A stretch of DNA of 61,634 bases, filler included, from Diploschistes diacapsis (lineage: Eukaryota), in the NCBI GenBank assembly GCA_023645945.1. It is 9 parts of 9 records of this genome, joined end to end, with 100 filler letters (N's around TTAATTAATTAA, not from the genome) between each part and the next. Parts side by side here need not be neighbours in the genome. Positions count along the whole stretch, not along the records: positions 48,683 to 52,936 come from JALAIB010001738.1; positions 53,037 to 57,285 come from JALAIB010001739.1; positions 57,386 to 61,634 come from JALAIB010001740.1; 6 more parts are not named here. One strand, 5' to 3'. Below are positions 51,601-61,634 of this stretch, piece by piece. Each line of letters begins with the position of its first letter. Position 1 is the stretch's first letter. Both the position numbers and the translations under genes were made by a program. Under the pieces are notes generated by a model. The model did not search any database. It had not been told where the DNA came from and saw nothing but the letters and a program-made list of their open reading frames with translations.

Positions 51601-51860
51601 CGGATACATTTTATTCCTTAATAAATCGTTAATTCAAGAATCGTTCGTTCCGTTTAATGAATCTCGTTGAATTCGTTAGAATTCTAATGGATATCGATAC
51701 GCATTTATACAACTTTTTATACTTCTACGGCTTCTTAACGTTCGATACGATAAACGTCGCCTTTTAAATAACTAACAACGTGACTAAACCATACGACATA
51801 ATTATATTTCTTATAAACCATAACCCGCCAATCGGATAAATAATAGAAATACTCGTTTAT
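48683..51860 (-). pseudogene. RIP-inactivated telomere-linked-helicase-type ORF: Cys/His Zn-binding N-terminus (DUF3505-like), tyrosine-recombinase-like domain, RecQ DEAH helicase; 3' end cut by contig end
   Basis: All checked motifs share one ancestral frame from 51860 (ATA<ATG) over >1050 codons. De-RIP reading: 'VMVCKKCNYAVWPSHV..HL...H', 'PWLKTIGWP.YLEGLDR', 'NYPPI..VIK..RFM', 'PMQWML.RRAYGLKIHYNTT', 'GQPAR..EILNVR.SN...RNIFVEDG..FVTRYHKGY...KIIHRYL', 'WRNIAIAISRKYL', 'QAGHGSHV...IYAR', Walker A 'PTGGGKS' (49049-49029), 'IVVDECH' (48776-48765). Confidence 0.85.
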
Positions 51861-52109
51861 AACGATAATATAATCGATTTAATTCAATCTTCGTGATATT
51901 AAAAATTATATTAATGGATTAATAATAGAATTTATAAAAATCGTAATCCGTGATTAAAACACGTACGCGATCACGGATTAATTATATCTTATACGCGTTC
52001 GTGTTTAGTAACGTAATAGATATATTGAAGTCTAAAGATCTTAACTTAGGAAATATCCTACTATACAGACTTTTATTTTCTACGATGTGCGCTAAGCCTT
52101 ACTACCCTC

Positions 52110-52936
52110 TGTTACGATCCAAGTACCAGACTTGGCACGTCCCAGCTTTATATATAGGTCAGTCACGGGACCAGGGGTCACGTGATGCGCTCACTGCTCG
52201 CGCTTATTCTCGTGAGCGGCGAGCAAGCTTTCGTTACCGCTTGATAGTCGCGTTTATTTTTATAAACGGCGAGCCTTGAAAGTACCGTTCGTTGGGCTTA
52301 CGATAAACGGCAAGCGAATTAATTATATATAAACACGACTTTATTTTTATAAAAGAAAACGTGTTTATTTTTATAAATATCTTAAATTATTATTCGGGAT
52401 CAATCTATATTCGTTATTTTTATTATTTTAAAACCTTTTTTTCAGAAATAGTCTAAGATCTATGACTGTTTTATCTTTTTTTCCTGCTACACTTTTTTTC
52501 TAATAGAGATCAAACCCATCTTGATCCTACTCGTGTATATCTTGTATAGATAGAGATTATAACACTTAAACATCTTCAAGAATGAATATTATTGATAATA
52601 TAACTAAACGATCGCCACCGATGGCTAAATCCGTAGCACCTCGCGCACCTAAGATAGTAACGTTACTAGATGAAACCGATATCTTTATGGCGGACATTGC
52701 GGAAGTTAAAGGCGACGATCTCGGAAGTAACGATAAATCTAACGAAGATAAATCGTATAAAGAATTTATTATAAAAGTTATAAAGTTAATAACGTTCTAC
52801 GGAAACCGAAAGAAACTAGAATATTAGATATTTTAATTTTCAATATATTTCTACTGAAACCCGTATATTATAAACGATTAAAAGAAACGAATAATTTTCG
52901 TCGTAGGATTTATACGTAACCGCGTATTGATATAGA
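52110..52936 (+). mobile_element. 5' end of a Ty3/Gypsy LTR retrotransposon (LTR from TGTTACG at 52110 to ~52302; RIP-mutated gag from 52582)
   Basis: TGTTAC start with TATA-like tatatatagg and a CACGTG site. The gag relic 'IKVIKLITFYGNRKKLEY*IF*FSIYFY*' matches fungal gypsy 'KxxKPxxFxGDRxKLExWxxQxxxYF'. The LTR right boundary is approximate. Confidence 0.65.
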
Positions 52937-53036
52937 NNNNNNNNNNNNNNNNNNNNNNNNNNNNNNNNNNNNNNNNNNNNTTAATTAATTAANNNNNNNN
53001 NNNNNNNNNNNNNNNNNNNNNNNNNNNNNNNNNNNN
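52937..53036. other. Artificial contig linker
   Basis: 44N-TTAATTAATTAA-44N. Confidence 0.99.
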
Positions 53037-53751
53037 TGTCGCAAGCAAGCGAGAAGCAGTCCAAGATCCAATAACAACAAACATAACTGTTCATGCGCAA
53101 TGCATGCACCGGGGAAGGCTGGCTGGGGTGAACCCCACCTCTGGGAAGATGTGGAGATGCCATCTACAGCATCTGTCTGTGGTGACATATGTATCCTTTC
53201 CACCGGTTCATTCATGTGGGCCTGGAACCTGCCAGAGCTGCCACTGGCCTCGTGACACCTCTCCAGGAGCACTGCTGCCGCCCGCCTGCCACTCTAGCAG
53301 ATGCCCAAGTCAGCAGACAGCTACAGCTGCAGCTGCCTTATTGCACTTGAGGCCGAAGCAACACTTGTTGAGTGTATGGTCACGAGCAGTCTCTCAGGAA
53401 TGCCCAGTTTAGGCTCAATTGTTTTCTCAGCAGACAGTTACGAGTGACAGCAGCATGGTAGTACTGCCAGCAGAATCAATAAACGAGCATGCAATCATGC
53501 ACTCATCCCATGGGTGCTCAAGAGCAGTCTGCAATTTGCTGTCCCTGACTGTACATCTTGTGAGGGCAGCTGATTGGTTATGCCTTGAGACATGTGGCCT
53601 GGCGAGGAACTCAAAGTAAGGATGTGCTGCTTTCACATCAACCCTGCTCAACAAGGAGTCATGGTAAGACATGGCTACCAAGCTGAACGTGCAGTGCAGC
53701 GTTGCCTGGTGCAGCCTCACAGGAAGTGGAAGTGGAAGTGTGGGAGCGTAC

Positions 53752-54105
53752 GGGAGACGGAGAAGCCGAAGGTGTCTGGGTAGGCGGCGAAGAGGCGCTT
53801 GAGGATCGTGGACTTGCCGGTGCCGGAGGGGCCGGAGATGACGATTGGGCGGCGGACGGGCGGAGAGGGGGTAGTAGCAGGGGGTTCCTTGGTGGCTGTC
53901 GGAAGAACGGTCAGGAGGTTTTTTCGAGGGACTGTAAGTGCAATGCATAGCTGTAGGTGGGGCAAAGGTAGTCCAGCTGTTGGGATTTCATACCTGAGTC
54001 GGAAGAGGCCATTGTGGAGAGGGCGGCGATGCGCTGGCGGGGCAGACGCAGAGGAACGGCGAGGCGAGTACAGTGGTAGACGAAAGTTCGCGATTGGAGA
54101 AGCAT
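53752..54105 (-). CDS. GUK1: Guanylate kinase, first two exons only (in-frame ATGs at 54105 and 54012)
   Basis: Exon 1 ends at 53994. Intron 53993-53896 (GTATGA..CTGAC..CAG). Exon 2 (53895-53752) encodes '[34 protein letters not shown]'. Next donor GTACGC at 53751. Confidence 0.9.
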
Positions 54106-54462
54106 GCGATAGGATGAGGGTAATGGGGCTCTTGTGAGCACCCTAGGCCGACAAAAGCGACCAAAGCTCAGATGTTGAAATTGAACCAAAAAGGTTGTGC
54201 CCTGTTGCGGCTACGACCTTCAGTGTGATCCAAGGATTAGCACTTGGTGGCTCACTGCTAATAGAAAGTTGAGGACTGCACCGCTTTAATGTGCTGAAGG
54301 CCATGTGTTTTTACTTTAGATAGTAGGGGCAAACAACGGCTGCATGGCTTCTCCAAGTCCAGTAAGTGATACACCGGACGTCGTTCCTATAAAATGATTT
54401 CTAAATGCTTTCATACGTGAGTTGAGAGCACATTTTATTTCATACATGCGGAACTCCATCGC

Positions 54463-55719
54463 TTACTGCGTCTCCGCCACGCTATCAAGCTCCCAAACCG
54501 CTTCCATCGCCGATTTTAGAATCGGACGTGCACCCACAAACCAGAAGCGCGCATCGGCCATGGTGATAGGGTCTTCCATTGATCCGCATCGCGCTCCATC
54601 CCCCTCCCCATGGCCATCATGGTGACATTGAAGGATCTGTAGCAACAACGTGAGCGCAAGCGAAAAGAAGTACATTTCAAGAACGAGAATTTACGAGGGA
54701 ACTCAATAATCCAACTAAATAGTAAAGGTAGTAGTATAAGACGTGCCTCAGCGCGCGCTCCTTGTACGCGGAAATAGCTCCCGGCTCTGCTGGCAAACAG
54801 TATCGTTGATGAGTACCTTTGCACCCTTACGAAGGACGGGTACGAGCGCCCGCAGGATCCGTACGCAGTTCTTGTTCGACCAGTCGTGGAAGATCATGCG
54901 GAAGAAGTAGGCGTCGGCCGCCACAGGCTGGGGTGTGAAGAAGTCGTGCACCATAAAGGAGAGCCGGCCGTCAGGTCTTCCGGGACCTGGTAGTGGCGAT
55001 GGTGTCGCGCAGGTCCTGGACAATGCACGTAAGATTTGGATGCGCCCGGGCTATGGAGGCCATTACGCCACCGTGTGAGCCGCCGAGATCGATGAGAGTA
55101 GCGCTTGAGCCGTTGGAGACAGAGCCAAAGCCGGAGTCAGAGCCGTGACTTCCCCATGTGCATCGGGCAGTGTGACGAGGCCCATGGTGGGAGATTTGCC
55201 AAGGACGGTCATGGTTTCCTTGAAGCGGGAGATACGGGCTGGCTCCTTTGCCATTACCTTGAACATGGGCTTGTCGGTGTTGCTTGCGAGTTGAAAGCCC
55301 TAGAGTACGGTAAGCAAAGCCGGTAGAAACAGCGTCTAGGGCTTTAGGTTCACAACAGCCAGACTTACCGACTGGCCGATTTCCTCAGAACCAGGCCATT
55401 TCTGCATGGCATCATATGTCTACCTTCTTGTTAGTCCTCGCGCACTGCTTCCTAGAGGAATGAGACTCACTTTCACGGCCGAAGGCCAGATCTCCTCGCA
55501 CATGATCCCCACCCATGACCTTAGCTCTTGCTGATTCGCCAAAACTTTGGAGGTACTATCGTGGGCAACGAATCCATTCCGTGGCTCCTGAAAGAAGCGG
55601 CATGAGATTGCGTACTGCAGCACTCGCTGTAGATCTTGCTCATTCAGTCCACACGCTATCGATAAGTTGGAATACGAGATGTCTCCATCCAGCGGCACCT
55701 TCATGGTGAGGTTGAACAA
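54463..55719 (-). pseudogene. Secondary-metabolite O-methyltransferase (Methyltransf_2 / OmtA-like) pseudogene, 5'-truncated and frameshifted
   Basis: 'VPLDGDISYSNLS...FFQEPRNGFVAH', 'KWPGSEE', SAM-binding 'LIDLGGSHG', 'CIVQDL', 'FMVHDFFTPQPVAADAYFFRMIFHDWS', 'ERDADQW' lie in different frames that introns do not explain. Confidence 0.8.
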
Positions 55720-56443
55720 TGGCTAGACCCAGGCGGCGCTGCCCAGGGCAAATTTCCCGCCATAGACTCGTTTGCCCTCTTCACCAGCTACTCGGTCATC
55801 GCAATCGTTTCTGATCTCACCATTCTGTCTCTACCATCTATCGTCGTCTGGAGACTGCAAATGAAGTCGGGGCAGAAGCTGTTGATAAGTAGTGTCTTCT
55901 TGCTGGGAGGCTTGTAACCCTTCCCGTTCTGTTGCTGTAGCGCACTTTTAATGCTGACGATCATCCAGCGTCTATATTGCTAGTATTATGCGATTCCACT
56001 ATCTCATTGTGCACCTTAACCCAACAGCCGAAGCGCAGGAGGACCTTACCTATAAGTTTTCCACCGGAATCGTCCATCGAGCTGTGGACTGACGCATGCC
56101 ATATACAACATAGCAACATCATATTGTGGTCAGCCATCGAGCCATGCGTGGGTCTTATCTGCGCCTGTCTACCAGCACTAGGCCCTCTGTTCCACACCCA
56201 CACATTACAGATGATCGGAGTATCTTCTCTATTGGCTCCCGAGGCAGCGGTAGTGGACGAAGCGGGAGAAGCGGAAGAACTGGAAACGGGCAGAACAATG
56301 ACGAGTTCCTAGCTCGACAGAAGCTTCGATCCGGCTCCGGACCATTTTACCCTCTTGACGACCACCGCCGGCTGACCAACAGCATCCAAGGGTCAAACGT
56401 AATGCGGACAGAGACTCATATCCCTTGTAAGATATCGTGGTAA
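55711..56443 (+). pseudogene. C-terminal fragment of a PTH11-like (fungal rhodopsin-domain) GPCR-type membrane protein
   Basis: 'IVSDLTILSLPSIVVWRLQMKSGQKLLISSVFLLGG', 'ASIMRF', 'LWSAIEPCVGLICACLP'. No 5' half present; probable frameshift before the Ser/Gly-rich tail. Confidence 0.75.
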
Positions 56444-57068
56444 ATACTGAGTTCGATAGCTCTTCCTATACACGTTTTCACGACGTCTCGGAGGTGTAAT
56501 GCTGGGACTGATAAAAGGGAAGCTAGGTGGAAGCACGCAGCCAGCCCTTAAGCGCAGAGGGTTCCGGCAGCTTGGGTGCTGGGGTTTTTTATTGGTCAAA
56601 AGGCGGCGACATAGGCAAATGTCATGTTGAAAATGTATAGCATTGATGGTTTTTACTGTTCGGAACAGGAGACCTGTGATCCATGCGCGCGCCTGATAGA
56701 TGATCTTCCTGTATCCATAGCGTCGAATTCCTACTCGAACCTCCACATCGAGGTGTTAGTCTGGTGCATACAATTCTTGGTCCTTAGTTACTCATTGCGA
56801 GGAGCCGGCCGGTTCGAGGCGCAAAGGATGGCTAGTACAAGACGTTTACAAGCTATACTAATGAATCCCGAATCTTTGATACAGAGATGGAGCTTGGGAG
56901 TATGTTGTGCTGGGATACGCTGTGACCCCAAATTCATTTCTTGGATGAGGACGGAGTACTCGACCTGGGGCTGTCCACAGACTTACCAGCCATTGCAGTC
57001 AGTCCTGCTCGCTGGGGTCGCTCTTGCTGGCATACAAGCCCTCGATTCGATAGACCGTCAAGTGATCA

Positions 57069-57285
57069 ATGCTATTCGGGCTACTACAGCATTCGTACCA
57101 GCGCATCAGAGATGTCGAGTCTACCTTTAGCGAAGAAAAGCCAACCTCAAACCATGGCCACACAAGCCTGCTGGCTTCCTACCATTCCAGGACAACAAGA
57201 CTGGCATTCTTCACTGGCACCCTCTGTCTAACCTTAGGCATTATCGCTGGCCTCCTCCTCAACGACTCCCTCCATCTCTCCCACC
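57069..57285 (+). CDS. Possible 5' end of a type II membrane protein (truncated by contig end)
   Basis: ATG, a short charged N-terminus, then hydrophobic 'LAFFTGTLCLTLGIIAGLLL'; frame open to the linker. Confidence 0.35.
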
Positions 57286-57385
57286 NNNNNNNNNNNNNNN
57301 NNNNNNNNNNNNNNNNNNNNNNNNNNNNNTTAATTAATTAANNNNNNNNNNNNNNNNNNNNNNNNNNNNNNNNNNNNNNNNNNNN
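57286..57385. other. Artificial contig linker
   Basis: 44N-TTAATTAATTAA-44N. Confidence 0.99.
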
Positions 57386-57711
57386 TTACAATTCAATGGC
57401 TGGAGTTTTCGTAGGTGGAGGTGGGGTTGGTGGCTTGGGATGAGGAGTGGGAGTGAGTGAAAAGTTATACGGCGGATTTGAGGCGGTTTCAGAGGAGGAT
57501 GAGGAGGGCATCAATGGCTTAAGAGAAATAGTGGGGTGGGATGCTTTAGTAATGCGGGAAGAAGTCAAAGTACTTGGTCAGGCAGAATATCTGTAAGGTC
57601 TGGAGGTGACATAATAAATCCAATGAATCTGTTTGAGAAGTATCGATATGGAAGTCTAAACCAGCCGTGAGTGTATTCTAAGCTGAAAAGAAACTCCAGG
57701 TTTGAACGAAG

Positions 57712-58970
57712 TTAAGTCGATGAATCACAACGACATGGGCAGTTTCCAAAAGGGTCCCCTGAACGTATAGACCTTGGTATAATGTAGTCACTACCAGGAT
57801 CTGGTCCCGGGTGGCTTTCAATAAGATCGACGCTGCAAACAAGAGCCGTAACACACCTCAAGCAGCAACTTTTTACCTGGTGGAACCGAAGAACCGCTGT
57901 AGCTTCATATTCGAGTCGAATTCGTGTCTTTTCATCATAAGTTGAAGCGCCGAGCAGTTGAATTGGTGGAAAGCATAAACTGCCTAAGATCATAACGCGG
58001 AAGCCCATCTCCAAGCCAAGTAGCTTGCAGTTGCTCTAGCAGAACGAGATACTCTGAAGCAGGGGTTCCCAGTGTTCCAGTCTGTGGCCATGCTAGCGGC
58101 TTTGCACATTGTTCCGATAGTCTTGAACCATCCGAATCCCAATGATATGATAGTTCACAGTTGCAAGGGGAAAGAAGCACATAACCCAAACGGCAATGCA
58201 ACTTGAATCTCATGCCAAATCGAAACGCCCCTTTGTAATCCATTGTGTTGAGGCGGCAATCGAAAAGCTTGGCTGACAGAGAATGACTGTTCGTCTTTCA
58301 CTCCGATATATGTACGGGGTTCTTCAACTTTAGAACCATCTGATATGAAATACAGTGCTTCCGCTTCAGACCTCGCCCGTACCACCTGCCACGCGCATCT
58401 TCTGGTGTGTCAAACCATCAGAAGGCTCACCATCCCACAATCTCCCAGCGTCGAGTACCATGACGAGTAGGCACACCCCGCTTGACAAAGAGGTGAACAA
58501 CATCTTCGTCCGCAGGATCCGAATCGTTGAAACAGTCCATATAAATCCTCCAACCCCAGGCGCTGGATAGTGATGTGTAGGTGGAAACTTCTCCCCTTGT
58601 TCTATCAGTCCGGAGTGATTTGGAGAGCAGATCGTAGTGTTGAAGCCTAAGGTGAGATTTCTGGTGTGAGTCGAATATGCTATTGCCCAAACACCGAAAA
58701 GCCCAAACAGAAAGAGGTGGTAGCTCAGCTCCACTCGAATCAACAACTCTGGCAAAAGCAGACACCATCCAAAAAAAAGTTTTTCCATTCAGTACTCTCC
58801 ACAAGACGCTTGAAGGGCGAAGAAGGTTTCCAAGTAGAAAGCACAAGTTGCTTTGACCTTTGCCCGGTGTTGAACAATATTTCTGCTGCAATTGTAATCT
58901 CTAGAGGGCTAGGCAATCCCGTTTTCACGATTGGGCTCTCGACTTCGTGTTGCTGGAGCGCTTTAGGCAA
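57712..58970 (-). pseudogene. Fragmented relic of an uncharacterised fungal protein gene
   Basis: Successive short minus-strand ORFs in shifting frames with protein-like blocks ('WGWRIYMDCFNDSDP...VKRGVPTRHG', 'VLRFHQVKSCCLRCV'); no single intact frame. Confidence 0.4.
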
Positions 58971-59252
58971 AGAAAGTTACGTACAAATCCTCAGTCGTGC
59001 TCAAAGAGAAGAAAAGAACCAATAGATCATTCAAGCGCTATCTTTTGACCTTCTACAGACAGGGCCACTCATTTCGCCCTTGATCGGTGTGAGCCAAAGC
59101 TCGGCACTTCATTGAGGGCAAGTCTGACTCAAGTGACAAAGCCTGGGAAGGGCCTCAGGTGACCAGGGATGGGCAATTGAATTGTTTTGGTAGCGCTTCA
59201 AGCTCCTGACTATGGACGGGCGAATAGTCAGCCAACAACTACAAACTGTGTA

Positions 59253-60895
59253 CTATGTAGCCTGTTGTCTTGCAACACCCTCTATAGCAGCGAGTTGTTC
59301 AGCCACATCATTCAAGAACTCCGAACCGGCCCAACTCAATACCTTATCTATCGTAATGAGGAAGTCTACAACTCCTCCTGGAAGCGATGCATGGCAGGTT
59401 TGTAGAATGCTCATGTTGTATTTGCATGTGCCGTCAACAGAGGTGGTGTAATGAACCCACAGCTCCATGTGTGGACCTTCTGTACACAAGGAGAATGCCA
59501 AAGGCTCTTTCTTCTGATCGGATCCAGGTGCGACGGATTCAGTTAGCTTAGCGAGCTGGCGTTGTATGTTCATCATGCAGCTGCCGGCCACAGCGGCTTG
59601 GTTCTGTGCTTCAAACACACACCGGCCGGTCGAGTACGACTTCCCCTCGACAACGAGCATTGGGAAGCATGTTGTACTACCTTCCAAGGGGCTGGAGCAT
59701 AGTGCTTGCTCTTCTTGTAAAGCTTTCAGAAAGTAATCTGCTTTTACCTCCGGGACACCTCGTGTTACCAACGATGCAACTACGGTGGAATGGCTTAGCC
59801 CCATCGTGATATCAGGCCGCGGGGTCTTCACGCCGGAGTTGTTCTTCTTCTTTGATGGCGAGGGAGTTGGAGGTGGCGGCATGGCAGGGTTCGATTCGTC
59901 AGACGGTGTGACAGAAGTGGCCGGCTGTCTCCGCTTGTTTGGTGGTTCAATCGAGTCGTCAGCGGTATCATTGGACTTCCTTGGAATATTGTAGGGAAAC
60001 TGTACGAGCTCGGGCTTTAGCAACGGATCCCAGTCTAGAAACAAAGTGAGCGATGCACACACGCGCTGTTGGGGGGAGAGAAGCTAGACCATACCGATTT
60101 TTCTTGGCAGTCCAAAGTTTTTATCACTGTCCATCACGGAGAGAGCACGATATACTGGCTCAACGGAGTCATCTTCCCTTCCATGGCCTTTCAAGATAGT
60201 GGCAAACTCAGAACTCAAGCTGGTTGCAATGGTCGTCAGCTGACTTTTCCTCTCCGGTGATGGCTCCGACTGAAGGATACGATTGATACGGGCCTCGACA
60301 TTTTTGGGGAGAGGCTCGCACAAATAGATTTGGGCCCTGTGGAGAACGATCCATCGGTAGTTTGCGGGCGTGCATGATGACCGTTTGGACCAAAAAGAGC
60401 TGCCTTTCTCGTACACATCCACGGTGCTGGTATCTCGAGAAGATGGTCTCTTGCGACCGGCTTTCCCAGCTATTGGAGGTACTTGATCCATGCTGCCAGA
60501 CGTGGCGAATCCAGTAAGTCTATCGAACCGTTCAAGGTTCTCCCTGCTGAGAGGCTGACTCGGCTCGGACGCAAACTGGTGGCTTTCTTGTAGTTGCAGG
60601 CCTGGTTGGTCGTCCGTAGACGCGGGATTACCAAGAGGCTGGTCTAACCTGCAAGCAGGGTGGGGATCGCTATGTGGTCGCTTGCTTGGACGACGGTCCT
60701 GAGGAGCGGCCTTCTGCTTTTGTCCTCTGGTCCGTTGAGGATCAGTGAGGGGTGGGGAAGTGAGATTAGCAGTAGCCGTACTGGCAGAGCGTACTGCTCG
60801 CAATATCAGCGTGGGTAGTTAGTTATGAGAAGCGAAATTGGGAGAATACCTCTGGCAGTCTGTCTTCTGGTTGTGGATCTGGTTCTGGGAGGCAT
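59253..60895 (-). CDS. Uncharacterised fungal protein with a PD-(D/E)XK nuclease-like C-terminal domain, 508 aa; 3 exons
   Basis: Exons 60895-60850, 60793-60095, 60034-59253 total 1527 nt with GT..AG introns. Disordered basic N-terminus; 'KTPRPDITMGL...FPMLVVEGKS...EAQNQAAVAGSC...GPHMELWVHY'. Confidence 0.75.
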
Positions 60896-61634
60896 CTTAA
60901 GTCGTTGAGAGGCCAGGAAGCAAGTGCAGAGGCAATCAGCGTCGTCACTGCCTCAAGACTCAAAGCGGTCCTTTGTTACATGTATGCTGATAGAAGAGCC
61001 GGACGGAAATTAAATACCCACCACATTTGACCGATCATAGCAGCTTTAATTCCTACAAGAAACTTTTGTACTAGCGTCCGTAATCTATTAAACTTAACCG
61101 TCACAATAACCACAAAGAGCTTTAAATACAAACCTGAGATAATCGAAGCTCTCCCTTTTCGTCGTTCGAGCTTCTACATTGGCTTTGGCGCACGAAGTGA
61201 TGGAAAGGGTTATCAATAATATCGCCTGGGTGGGATCGAAGCGAGCGTGGTGTAGATAGATATGGGTTATTAACAGAGCAGCTATTAAGAGGAGCTAGGG
61301 GGCTTGCGTTAATGTACGGGCCTTGATGGAACGGACTGCGAAGAAGCCGGTGAAAATGAACGACGTCCTCACTGTTGTCAGAGTACAGATACTTATATCG
61401 TTGTGCCGAATGCCGGCCCTTTCAACTCACGGCACACCGTGTGACAAAGGCCCCAGAGAACCGAAAGGCGCTGTGCCTCCTTTCCAACAGTGCTATTCAT
61501 GCCCGCCGTCTCCTCTTACAGTCCAACTCCCTTCTCATCCCACCTGACCACCGCCCCATCCTTCATAACAAACCCCACGTTTCTCCCAGTCCGAACATCC
61601 TTCCTCACATCCCCCTCCTTAATTGCCACCAAAT

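Noticed and set aside
53540..53620. Group I intron S-like (AAGATGTACAGTC) and HDV-ribozyme-like (TTCCTCGC) words on the minus strand of the GUK1 intron
   Set aside because: The required partner helices (P7/R element; P3 and P1 pairing) could not be found by eye.
26796..57341. Regularly spaced TTAATTAATTAA palindromes resembling a repeat array or CRISPR
   Set aside because: Each is embedded in 44+44 Ns; it is a synthetic six-frame-stop linker, not biology.

Overview
Eukaryotic DNA from a filamentous ascomycete (Pezizomycotina; short GT-AG introns with CTAAC/CTGAC branch sites). The window is not contiguous. It is 9 contigs joined by identical 100-nt artificial linkers (44 N + TTAATTAATTAA + 44 N), so gene neighbourhoods across linkers are meaningless. 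Contig 1 (1-26751) holds RNA15/CstF-64 and PHB2 as a divergent pair, a ~19.4-kb three-exon gene for a ~6410-aa Leashin (Woronin-body tether), and a small Mid2-like type I membrane protein. The eight ~4.25-kb contigs hold: (2) a heavily RIP-mutated Tad1-like LINE; (3) a copia element inserted in a BTB-domain gene, an MCT-type MFS transporter and the 5' end of PUP2; (4) a CCX-type cation/Ca2+ exchanger; (5) SNF2-like helicase and chromovirus relics; (6) an atypical kinase and a PGAP4-like glycosyltransferase; (7) a RIP-mutated ORF fusing a Zn-binding N-terminus, a tyrosine-recombinase-like catalytic domain and a RecQ helicase, next to a Gypsy 5' end; (8) the 5' end of GUK1 with an oversized intron, plus back-to-back O-methyltransferase and PTH11-like pseudogenes; (9) a PD-(D/E)XK-like protein gene and a pseudogene. 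The most interesting candidate is the tyrosine recombinase-RecQ fusion, which may be the core of an undescribed class of fungal mobile element. All family calls come from motif recognition by eye; no database search was run.
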